The notes below the pieces were generated by a model that saw only the letters and a program-made list of their open reading frames with translations, had not been told where the DNA came from and did not search any database. A DNA stretch of 64,000 nt from Candidatus Multivoradales bacterium (GTDB lineage Bacteria > Acidobacteriota > Thermoanaerobaculia > Multivoradales > JAHEKO01), in the NCBI GenBank assembly GCA_965248055.1, contig CBDFIJ010000004.1:988299-1052298 (forward strand), in the 5' to 3' direction. Below are positions 37,845-46,655 of the stretch, one piece after another (position 1 is the stretch's first letter; every line of letters starts with the position of its first letter). The position numbers and the translations under genes were made by a program.

Positions 37845-39914
37845 TCATGAGAGGTCTGGAGCCGCGGTTCGAATCGCCCCCAATTGGTCAATCTGCTCCA
37901 GTTTCAACCCGCTGTAGTAGTGATCCAAAATCTCGGTAAAACCGGACCCGCGAAGCGCCATCCGGTAGGCACCCCGCTGACACATCCCCACCCCGTGCCC
38001 CCAACCGCGACCACTGAAAACCCAACCCGGCGCCTGTTGGCTGCCACTACTACGACGCACCCGAAACCAAGTCTCCGGGATATCCAAGAACCAGCGGATC
38101 GACAACCCTTTGAGCTCGCGGGTCTCTCCGCCGGTGCCATGCAACTTAAAGGTCTTCAAACGGCCGGAAACCCCCCGCTCGCCGAGCTCGAAAGAACGAT
38201 AACCAAAACCCGGAAATTCGGCGCTGGCTCGACGCGCCAAATCGCTGTCACTGCGGTGCTCACTCCATACCTTGGTCCCCGGTGCCCGGCTGGCATTACG
38301 ACTACTACGGGCTGGGATCAACGCCGCCACCGGATCACCCTCCACCAGCACCACGCGCACCGGATCCCCGGCCGCCAAGAGGCCATCGCCAGGGGCCTGC
38401 CAGTGCCACACCGTATCCCCAGGAAGGAGTAGATCTCCCTGCGCCGAACCCTGGGTTTGCACCTTGAAAGCAGCTTGGCTGCGAGCGACGAATTTGGTCG
38501 ACTGCTCGACCACCAGTGCCACCTCTTGAGCGACTTGATAGAGGATTCGGCGCAGATCGGCCAACAGTACGTGCTTACTCCCCTTGGGCAAACGCCGCAG
38601 AGAACCCGCCAATGGCTGATGATCATCAGCCACGGTTGCCGAAAACCAAGCCGGATCGGCGACCAGGTCGAGTACCGAGCCAAGAAAGCGGCGCACCTCG
38701 GAACCGATAAAACTCTCTAGGCGATCTTCACCCGGGGTTAGACCCGCCTTCTTCATCAATCGGCGAAAGGATTCGCCCACCTCCCGTGGGCTCGATCCCA
38801 GATCGCCGATCAGCCTACGCATGACTCGGCTCTCGATCACCGTCCAATCGCCCCGCCGACCGATTGAAACTAGGCCCCCTTCAATGCAGGGCACCCCACG
38901 AAGATAAGAATGGTGCTTGGCCGGAAAGACGGTTGCGACATCCTCGGTGTGACCACCGCAGGTCGCGGTATACAGAGTGTCTGCGGGGCGCCGGTCGGCG
39001 GTCACCAGTACCAGTCCGGCGGTTTCGCTCACCGCCTGATTCGACAACGGCTGTTCCGCCCCTAAACCTCCAAACACCTGGCAACGCGGCGTCGCACAAA
39101 CATCAAAGCCCTCAGCGGCAAACTCGCCCAAGTTGTGCAGTACATAGGATCGGGCGGCTACCGCCAACGCCTTGAGAGCATCCAGGTCGTTGTAGATTTT
39201 CGGCCCCATTTCCCGGGGCACCACGCCCCGCAGGTAATTCTCCAACTCGGTCACCAACACCACATTGATCGAGCCCCGGCGATTCAAGGTCAGTTGCAAA
39301 CCGCCACGATAAGTGCCCCCGGCCCAAGCCATAGGCCCACCGTCGGACCGCCGGACCACAACGGTGGTACCCGCCTTTTGCGCTCGGGAACCGGTAATTT
39401 GTAGACCCGCGTTGGCGATCTCACCGATCTCTTCGACCACCCAAGCGTCACGACCGCGGGCGCTCAGACGAGCCTGAGCGGCGACCGCGTCCTGACGTTG
39501 GTGCCAAATCCCCAACCGAACCCGCGTTAGTCCGGTCTCAGCATCGAAAGCGAGATCCGACGATAGACCGGTGAAACGCTCCAAGTCCTCAGCAAGTCGT
39601 TGCGCTTGCGCGGGCTCACGCAGCGCCGCAATTTGCAATCGGTAGCTCCAAGCCCGGACTACATCTCCTGTTGGCCGTACCACCAAATGCGATCCTTGAT
39701 CGACAACCTGACCTCCGGCGATCACTTCCATGGCGTGGCGACCGGCCAACACCACCTCCCGCACATCGGTCGCCAACCCCACCCGGAGTTGAAATTCTTG
39801 AGGCTCGCCTTCGAGCGCCGGCCAAAGCGGGCGCGAGACAACTAGGCCCAGGTAAGCCACAGCACAAACAACCGCGAAGCGAATCACGGGGCGGCGTTGG
39901 AAAAAGATTCTCAA
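37845..39914 (-). CDS. SpoIID/LytB-domain protein (cell-wall amidase enhancer family)
   Basis: Central SpoIID-like block (..NYLRGVVPREM.., ..AVAARSY.., GFDVCATPRCQVFGG). N-terminal TM helix. Confidence 0.7.
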   Translation of the reverse strand: MRIFFQRRPVIRFAVVCAVAYLGLVVSRPLWPALEGEPQEFQLRVGLATDVREVVLAGRHAMEVIAGGQVVDQGSHLVVRPTGDVVRAWSYRLQIAALREPAQAQRLAEDLERFTGLSSDLAFDAETGLTRVRLGIWHQRQDAVAAQARLSARGRDAWVVEEIGEIANAGLQITGSRAQKAGTTVVVRRSDGGPMAWAGGTYRGGLQLTLNRRGSINVVLVTELENYLRGVVPREMGPKIYNDLDALKALAVAARSYVLHNLGEFAAEGFDVCATPRCQVFGGLGAEQPLSNQAVSETAGLVLVTADRRPADTLYTATCGGHTEDVATVFPAKHHSYLRGVPCIEGGLVSIGRRGDWTVIESRVMRRLIGDLGSSPREVGESFRRLMKKAGLTPGEDRLESFIGSEVRRFLGSVLDLVADPAWFSATVADDHQPLAGSLRRLPKGSKHVLLADLRRILYQVAQEVALVVEQSTKFVARSQAAFKVQTQGSAQGDLLLPGDTVWHWQAPGDGLLAAGDPVRVVLVEGDPVAALIPARSSRNASRAPGTKVWSEHRSDSDLARRASAEFPGFGYRSFELGERGVSGRLKTFKLHGTGGETRELKGLSIRWFLDIPETWFRVRRSSGSQQAPGWVFSGRGWGHGVGMCQRGAYRMALRGSGFTEILDHYYSGLKLEQIDQLGAIRTAAPDLS

Positions 39915-40969
39915 GGCTTATTTTCGACTGCAGGACTGTTTGAGGTAACGGTTACTGTGCCTTGATTCACTGCGTCTCGATCTACTGTGTCTCTATTGAC
40001 TGTGTCTTGATTTCCTGCATCTTGATTCACTGGGTCTTGATTCACTGGGTCTTGATCTCGTGCCAGAGCGATTGCCGCGCCCCATACCAACAGCACCACC
40101 GCACCCATAGCGAGCGCCTGGATCACTCCCGAAACAATTTGACCCACTACTACCGCCACCAGATTGGAGCCGGCGAACATCTGCACCGACCAGCTCAAGA
40201 GCAGCACCGGCACCGACGCCGCAAGCATGACGAGAAAGGCAATGCCGATCATCATCAACCACGCACCGCCACGGCGGATAAAACTGCGCGACCCACGGCG
40301 AATCGCCTGGCCTAGCGGCAAGAACGGGAGGTGCATCTCGACCACCCACCACCACAGCCAGAGCAGTAACAGCAAGGTCGACACGATCAAGACGGCCAAG
40401 CAGCCCGCAACTAGCGCCGTCCCGCGCATGCCTCCCATCAGCATTCCCATCAAGAAAAACGGCACCATCGAAACCAGCACCAAAGTGACAGCGACCGGCA
40501 CCCGCCAAATCAACAGCCGCCACACAAGCTGTCCACCCCAGCCGAAGAACTCACCCCAGTTGAAGGTTTCAAACCAGTCTGCAGTCAAAGCTTGGGTCGC
40601 CGTCGCCTGCGAGGGCGCCTGACGATCGCCCGCGGCCAGTGTGCCCAAGACACCGCCGTCGAGGAAGGTCTGAATCAAGACTTGGATCAAGCCACCGAGC
40701 AACAACACCGCCACCGCCCAGGGGAGTTCGGCAGGCAAGTGCTGCAAAGACATCCACCGCGGCAACGCATCGACCAACCCCTCGGAATTCCCCGACATCA
40801 TGTCCAGATACAAGTCCCCCAGCCCCAGGAGTTTCAGCGCCGGGATCAGGGTCGCCGCAATCACCGCCATCGATAACAGACTCTTGAGTAACACCGTCCA
40901 GAGGAGCCGGTGATTGCCGCGCAAGTTCAGTGCGCCTCGCTCAAAGCAGGAAATCGTGCCGCGTCGCAT
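39911..40969 (-). CDS. integral membrane protein with D/N/Q-rich repetitive C-terminal tail
   Basis: Multiple TM helices. C-terminal DQDPVNQDPVNQDAGNQDTVNRDTVDRDAVNQ encoded by a 15-bp tandem repeat at 39955-40060. 4-bp overlaps with both neighbours. Confidence 0.5.
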   Translation of the reverse strand: MRRGTISCFERGALNLRGNHRLLWTVLLKSLLSMAVIAATLIPALKLLGLGDLYLDMMSGNSEGLVDALPRWMSLQHLPAELPWAVAVLLLGGLIQVLIQTFLDGGVLGTLAAGDRQAPSQATATQALTADWFETFNWGEFFGWGGQLVWRLLIWRVPVAVTLVLVSMVPFFLMGMLMGGMRGTALVAGCLAVLIVSTLLLLLWLWWWVVEMHLPFLPLGQAIRRGSRSFIRRGGAWLMMIGIAFLVMLAASVPVLLLSWSVQMFAGSNLVAVVVGQIVSGVIQALAMGAVVLLVWGAAIALARDQDPVNQDPVNQDAGNQDTVNRDTVDRDAVNQGTVTVTSNSPAVENKP

Positions 40970-40972
40970 GCT

Positions 40973-41824
40973 CTATTTCAGGCTGTTCGCCGCTTTCTGT
41001 CCAGAAACCTCGCGCCGATAATCTTCCGACCAAACCTGAATCGGGCGCACCATCTCAAACATGCGGCTCAATAGCCGCTGCGGAATGCGAGCAGCCAAGT
41101 TGCTCTTGTTGAAATCTTGGTCCTGCGCTGATGGTTCGCGATCCAAGGATTCTTCGAACCCGGTCTGAGTATCCATCTGCTCCGGCTTGGGCATCGGATA
41201 GTTGGAAGTAAAGATGGTTGGCAGCCGTGCGTTGTAGCGCGTGTTGATCAGTAGGTCGAGTTGTTCCAAGGCCCAAGGACGAGGTGTCTGAGCACCAAGC
41301 TCGTCCAAGACCAGCAACTCTGCACGCAACGCCGGGTCCAAAATCTTGCCTCGATTGGGTCCACCATTGTTGCCAAAGGTTGCCTGAATACTGTGGATCA
41401 AAGAGGCGAAGTCGACGAAGTGAGCGCGCACCTGGTAGCGCTTAACCAACTCGTGAAGGATGGCCACCGCCAAATGGGTCTTGCCGGTGCCCGGAGGCCC
41501 CCAAAATAACAGGCCGGTATCGGTAAAGGTGCCATCCCTACGAATGAAACGTTCGACATAGCGCTCGGCCAAGGTTTTGGCCTCCAGCAAGCTCTTGTGG
41601 TGACCTGGCTTGTGATGATTGGGATCAAAATTCTCCAAGGTGCAGTTGCGGTGCCGAACCGGCACTCCCGACGCAGCCAGAGCGCCCGCCAAAAGCGACT
41701 TCTCCCGGCACTCACAAGGCTCCGCGGCCCCCGCTTCGCCGTCGTCTACCACCACCCAACCCAGACCGCCACACTTGAGGCAGTTCTCGGTCTCTACTGT
41801 TGAATCAACGCCTCCCTTTTGCAC
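40973..41824 (-). CDS. IstB/DnaC-like AAA+ ATPase with N-terminal Cys cluster
   Basis: Walker A WGPPGTGKTHLAVAI. Walker B LLVLDELG. N-terminal CLKCGGLG...CEC zinc-ribbon-like. Confidence 0.6.
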   Translation of the reverse strand: MQKGGVDSTVETENCLKCGGLGWVVVDDGEAGAAEPCECREKSLLAGALAASGVPVRHRNCTLENFDPNHHKPGHHKSLLEAKTLAERYVERFIRRDGTFTDTGLLFWGPPGTGKTHLAVAILHELVKRYQVRAHFVDFASLIHSIQATFGNNGGPNRGKILDPALRAELLVLDELGAQTPRPWALEQLDLLINTRYNARLPTIFTSNYPMPKPEQMDTQTGFEESLDREPSAQDQDFNKSNLAARIPQRLLSRMFEMVRPIQVWSEDYRREVSGQKAANSLK

Positions 41825-41894
41825 GGTTGGATGCTAACAGAGGAAAGATCCCATTCGCGCACTAGAATTCCCCGATGAGCAGACTTCAAAACCG

Positions 41895-42635
41895 GTGGTT
41901 GTGATTTCTCTTTTGGCGGTGACCTCCGGGTTGATCGGCCATCCACGACTCAAGCCCGATGAAGTCGACCTAACCCATAGCGCCACGCTCTTGGCCCGAT
42001 CTATCGCTTACCACGACCCCGGCGGGCGCTGGGGCCAAACCCCGCTGGCACTCGGGTTTGAAGAGACCCGCCCCGATGGCTCGGCGCGCCACACCAGCGT
42101 GGTCCTTGACCCAGTCCATCAGCGCTTTGAGTGGAGTTCACAGCGCGGTGAAGATCTGTTGCAAGGGTCGCTGAACGAGGGCGAATGCACGGTCACTCTC
42201 AACGGCTCGGCTACGTTTTCTGCAGCCCAGCGTGACACCTACAGCCTCGACTGCGATCGCGTCACCCTCTATCGCGACTACTACAGCTACCTGTGGGGAC
42301 TGCCGATGAAACTGCGCGACCCCGGTACTCGCCTGGATCCTGAGGTTCGAGACACCGAGTTCAACCGGCAACAGGTTAAGAGCATCCGCGTCACCTACGA
42401 CCAGGAAGTCGGTAGTGACACCTGGTATTTCTACTTTGACCCGGAATCCGCCCGGTTAGTCGGATACCGCTTCTTCCACGATCAAGCGGCCAACGATGGT
42501 GAGTACATCTTTCTGCAGGGTGAACTCAAAGCCGAAGGACTACGCCTGCCGATGTCGAGAACTTGGTATACCAATGCCGAAGATCAGTTGCTGGGAACCG
42601 ATACTTTGGTTGAGTTGGTTGCGGAAGCTGAGTGA
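41895..42635 (+). CDS. hypothetical protein
   Basis: 246-aa ORF with a GTG start and a hydrophobic N-terminus. No recognisable motif. Confidence 0.4.
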   Translation: MVVISLLAVTSGLIGHPRLKPDEVDLTHSATLLARSIAYHDPGGRWGQTPLALGFEETRPDGSARHTSVVLDPVHQRFEWSSQRGEDLLQGSLNEGECTVTLNGSATFSAAQRDTYSLDCDRVTLYRDYYSYLWGLPMKLRDPGTRLDPEVRDTEFNRQQVKSIRVTYDQEVGSDTWYFYFDPESARLVGYRFFHDQAANDGEYIFLQGELKAEGLRLPMSRTWYTNAEDQLLGTDTLVELVAEAE

Positions 42636-42673
42636 ATAGATTGTTCCTCCGCGTCGAGACCTGACAGCGCGCG

Positions 42674-42697
42674 GGAGCCCGCAAGGGGCTCCTACAT
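42674..42697 (+). terminator. GC-rich stem-loop (GGGAGCCCGCAAGGGGCTCC) 40 bp past the stop of the preceding gene
   Basis: 7-bp stem and 6-nt loop seen in the sequence. No U-tract. Confidence 0.3.
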
Positions 42698-42734
42698 TGA
42701 CCTCGCACATCCTGAATTGCCGGAACGCAAGGAG

Positions 42735-43880
42735 CTGGAGATTCAGCCAACATCGAGATCCTTCGACTCGGGCTACGCCCTCGCTCAGGATGACAACGGA
42801 AGAGGTAGCTCCCCACGCCGCTATCCAGCATGCAACGAAATGCCTTCATCGGAGCGAGCTGTCCACGATCCCAATGAACTAACCCGGCCTGCTCTTCGTC
42901 GGGGAGGGGCAAGTTCAAACGGCCCTACACGCCGGGGTTATCCTGAGTGGCCGAAGCGTGCAGCTCTACCCCGTAGTCACCCTGAACGGACTATCCAAGG
43001 CCCCAAATGAACTAACCCGGCTGTTCTTCGTCGGAGAGGGGATTGCCCCCTCCCGCACCCTTTCACTGTGGTGGTCCAGAGCGACCGAAGCGTACAGCTC
43101 TACCCCGTAGTCACCCTGAACGGGCTATCCAAAGTCCCAAAATGAACTAACCCGGCGCTGTTCTTCGTCGGAGAGGGGATTGCCCCACCCGCACCATTCC
43201 ACCGCAGTGGTCCAGAGCGACCGAAGCGTATTGCTCTACCCCGTCGTCATTCTGAGCGAACCAGTCATCCGCTCAGCACCCATTCCACCCGTGGTCATCC
43301 TGAGCGACCCCGAGTCCGCGAGGGAGAGTCGAAGGATCTCAACTTCACAGCGCACACTCTTTCTGCAGAGGGCAGCATTGTCGCGACCCGAACTGAGGAA
43401 GGCAAAAAACGGGAACCCCCAAGGGGATCCCCTACATCGTCTTCCAACGTCAGGTGAATCGCCGAAACGGAGAACCATTCGCCAGCATCGAGATTCTTCG
43501 ACTCGGGCTACGCCCCTCGCTCAGGATGACAACGGAAGAGGTAGCTCGCCACCCCGGTACCCAGCATGCAACGAGTTGCCTTCATCGAAGCGAGCTGTCC
43601 ACGATCCAAATGAACTAACCCGGGCTGTTTCTTCATAAGAGAGGGCTTGTCCCCTCTCACACCCCTCCACCGCGGTCGTCCCGATCGACCGAAGCGTACA
43701 GCTCTACTCCGTTGTCATCCTGAGCGACCCCGAGTCCGCGAGGGTGAAGTCGAAGGATCTCAACTGCACCGCGTACACTTCTTCTGGAGAAGGCAGCATT
43801 GTCGCGCCACTAACTCAAGAGGACAGAACGGGAACCTACGAGGGCGCCCCTACATTTCTTTTTCTTGGTGGCTTCGTAGG
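42735..43880. repeat. complex repeat region: two ~370-bp duplicated modules carrying F2 elements (GAGATCCTTCGACTC..CGCTCAGGATGAC in both orientations), plus three tandem ~128-bp subunits each carrying a GAGGGG-N5-CCCCTC hairpin
   Basis: 42750-42890 matches 43487-43625, and 43290-43440 matches 43712-43855, at ~90% identity. Subunits at 42875/43003/43131. Reading frames through it (DDNGRGSSPRRYPACNE..) are repeat-derived. Confidence 0.7.
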
Positions 43881-43892
43881 TGCGAGAACCGA

Positions 43893-44267
43893 CTAACGCC
43901 GCACCAAAGGACCCGCGTCAATCTCCACCAACGCATGACGCCGATCGACGCCTGCCCTACGATCGCCCATCTCCTGACGGACAAACTCGGACATCCGTTC
44001 GACCTCGGCTTCTAGCTGGTCGATTCGCGCTTGGAGTTTGAGGATGACGTCGACGCCGGCTAGGTTGACGCCCATGTCACGGGTGAGGGTAAGGACGGTT
44101 TCTAAGCGCTTGAGAGTGTCGTCGTCGTAGAGGCGGGTGTTGCCGTCGCTGCGCGGTGGGTCGATCAAGCCTTCGCGCTCGTAGAGCCGCAAGGTTTGAG
44201 GGTGGATGTCGAAGCGTTCAGCGACGACGCTGATCATCACCGTTGTTTGTCGCTTTCTTTTCACCAT
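43893..44267 (-). CDS. hspR: MerR-family heat-shock repressor
   Basis: MISVVAERFDIHPQTLRLYEREGL aligns with the HspR HTH. Located 240 bp downstream of dnaK. Confidence 0.7.
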   Translation of the reverse strand: MVKRKRQTTVMISVVAERFDIHPQTLRLYEREGLIDPPRSDGNTRLYDDDTLKRLETVLTLTRDMGVNLAGVDVILKLQARIDQLEAEVERMSEFVRQEMGDRRAGVDRRHALVEIDAGPLVRR

Positions 44268-44505
44268 GATGACGGCCTCGCTTTGTCCGGTTGTCCGATC
44301 GGTCTAGATGCCAGTCTAGCTTGCAGCTCCTGGGTCACCTGTTGCTCATGCCTGAAGCAAGAGAATCAAGAGGAGCGATTGTTAGCCAACCGCCCCTCGA
44401 ATGATTCACTCCTGTTCGGGAAGCCTGCTCAGGAAGCCTAGTCAGCCAGCCCAATCGGCCAGTGCCAGTCGGCCAGCCTCACCGACCAGCGACCCGGTAA
44501 TCGAG

Positions 44506-46482
44506 TTAGCTGGCCTTCTGCTGGTCTTCAGCAGCCTCGTCCTCAGCAGCCCCGTCCTCAACAGACCCGTCGTCAGCAGTTGAGTCCTCAACGACCTCGT
44601 CCGCCTCGTCTACAAACTCAGCATCGATGACTTCGTCCTCGTCGCTGGCCGCGTCGCCACCGGCATCCGGTGCCGCACTCTCTTCAGCAGCCTGCTGATA
44701 CATCGCCTCGGCGAGTTTGTGCGACGCCTGCGACAAGTTGGCCATGGCTTCTTCCATGGTGGTGGCGTCATCGCTCTCTAGTGCGGTCTTGGCGGTCGCC
44801 AAAGCCTCATCCAAGGTTGCCTTGTCGGCGTCCGCGAGTTTGTCGCGGTGTTCACCCAAACTCTGCTCGGTCGAGTAGACCAAGCTGTCCAGCTGGTTGC
44901 GAACCTCGACGGTCTTACGACGCTCTTTGTCGGTATCGGCGTTGTCTTCCGCCTCACTGACCATGCGCGAAATCTCGTCGTCACTCAAACCACTGGAAGC
45001 GGTAATGGTGATGTTCTGCTCCTTGCCGGTGCCCTTGTCTTTGGCCGAGACGTTGACGATGCCATTGGCATCGATGTCGAACGCGACCTCAACCTGCGGG
45101 ATGCCACGTGGCGCCGGCGGAATGCCTACCAGGTGGAAACGACCGAGAGTCCGGTTGTCCTTGGCCATCTCGCGCTCACCCTGGAGCACGTGAACCTCGA
45201 CCGAAGTCTGGTTGTCCGCGGCAGTCGAGAACACCTCGCTCTTGTTAGTCGGAATGGTGGTGTTGCGCTCGATCAAGCGAGTGAACACACCGCCCAAGGT
45301 CTCGATACCCAGCGATAGCGGCGTAACGTCCAGCAGCAGAACGTCTTTGACGTCCCCGGCCAGCACACCACCCTGTACCGCGGCACCGATCGCCACCACT
45401 TCATCCGGGTTGACGCCCTTGTGTGGCTCCTTGCCGAAAAACTCCGCGACCTTCTTCTGGATCAACGGCATCCGGGTCTGGCCACCGACCAAGACCACTT
45501 CGTCGATGTCACTGGCTTTGACGCCAGCGTCTTTGAGCGCCTGAGCACAAGGCTTCAACGACCGCTCGACCAGGTCACCAACCATCTTCTCCAGCTGGCT
45601 GCGTTGGATCTTGACGTTGACGTGCTTGGGGCCGGAGGCATCGGCAGTGATAAACGGCAGATTGACCTCGGACTCGGAAGCAGTGGAAAGCTCAATCTTG
45701 GCCTTCTCCGCCGATTCCTTGAGCCGCTGCATCGCCATCGGATCGCCGGAGAGATCCAAGCCTTGGTCCTTCTTGAACTCAGTCAGCAACCACTCGATGA
45801 TCACTTGGTCGACGTTGTCGCCACCCAAGTGGGTATCACCGTTGGTCGCCTTGACCTCGACCACCCCGTCGCCCACTTCCAGAATCGAAATATCAAAGGT
45901 ACCGCCACCGAAGTCATAGACCGCGATCAGCTCGTCACCCTTCTTGTCCAAACCGTAGGCTAGTGCTGCCGCAGTCGGCTCGTTGACCAAACGCTCGACT
46001 TCCAGACCGGCAATCTTGCCCGCGTCCTTGGTCGCCTGGCGCTGCGCGTCATTGAAGTATGCCGGCACCGTGATCACTGCCTTGGTGACCTTCTCTCCCA
46101 GATAATCCTCGGCAGCCTGCTTCAGCTTGCGCAGAATCATCGCCGAAATCTCTGGTGGCGAATACTCCTTGCCACCAGCGACCACCCGCAACGCGCCGTC
46201 GTTGTCGTTGACCTTGTAGGGAACCATCTTCATCTCTTCCGAGACTTCGTCCCGGTTGCGGCCCATAAACCGCTTGATCGAAAACACCGTGTTCTCGGGG
46301 TTGGTCACCGATTGGCGCTTCGCCACCTGCCCCACCAGCCGCTCACCGCCCTCAGTGAATGCGACCACCGAAGGGGTGGTGCGGTTGCCTTCCGAATTGG
46401 CGATCACGGTCGGGTCTGAACCCTCCATCACCGCAACCACGCTGTTGGTTGTTCCTAAGTCAATACCAATAATTTTGCTCAA
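44506..46482 (-). CDS. dnaK: molecular chaperone DnaK (Hsp70)
   Basis: [32 protein letters not shown]. Full-length 658 aa. Confidence 0.95.
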   Translation of the reverse strand: MSKIIGIDLGTTNSVVAVMEGSDPTVIANSEGNRTTPSVVAFTEGGERLVGQVAKRQSVTNPENTVFSIKRFMGRNRDEVSEEMKMVPYKVNDNDGALRVVAGGKEYSPPEISAMILRKLKQAAEDYLGEKVTKAVITVPAYFNDAQRQATKDAGKIAGLEVERLVNEPTAAALAYGLDKKGDELIAVYDFGGGTFDISILEVGDGVVEVKATNGDTHLGGDNVDQVIIEWLLTEFKKDQGLDLSGDPMAMQRLKESAEKAKIELSTASESEVNLPFITADASGPKHVNVKIQRSQLEKMVGDLVERSLKPCAQALKDAGVKASDIDEVVLVGGQTRMPLIQKKVAEFFGKEPHKGVNPDEVVAIGAAVQGGVLAGDVKDVLLLDVTPLSLGIETLGGVFTRLIERNTTIPTNKSEVFSTAADNQTSVEVHVLQGEREMAKDNRTLGRFHLVGIPPAPRGIPQVEVAFDIDANGIVNVSAKDKGTGKEQNITITASSGLSDDEISRMVSEAEDNADTDKERRKTVEVRNQLDSLVYSTEQSLGEHRDKLADADKATLDEALATAKTALESDDATTMEEAMANLSQASHKLAEAMYQQAAEESAAPDAGGDAASDEDEVIDAEFVDEADEVVEDSTADDGSVEDGAAEDEAAEDQQKAS

Positions 46483-46577
46483 AGTTCATTCCTCCCGACC
46501 CAATCCAGTGAGTCGCAGTCAATTTGGAGATGCCCAGACTGGAGATCCGCTAGAGCTTTCTAGTCAGGTTTCCGCCG

Positions 46578-46617
46578 GGTGAATTGACAATATTCGCATG
46601 AGCGCGTCTTTGTCAAA
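46578..46617 (-). promoter_or_regulatory. candidate dnaK promoter (TTGACA-16-AATATT on the minus strand) embedded in an inverted repeat GAATTGACAA-N19-TTGTCAAATTC
   Basis: Palindrome and hexamers read directly from the sequence ~100-135 bp upstream of the dnaK start. Confidence 0.4.
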
Positions 46618-46655
46618 TTCGTCCTACACTTTATATGACAAGAATAAGCGCAGAT

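Noticed and set aside
37855-37880. GGTTCGAATC T-loop-like motif suggesting a tRNA
   Set aside because: There is no complementary T-stem, acceptor stem or anticodon arm around it. It lies inside the SpoIID-domain CDS 3' end.
44268-44505. Possible HAIR element between dnaK and hspR (CTTGATTCTCTTGCTTCAGG)
   Set aside because: Only the left half-site resembles CTTGAGT. The right arm does not match ACTCAAG, so this is not a convincing operator.
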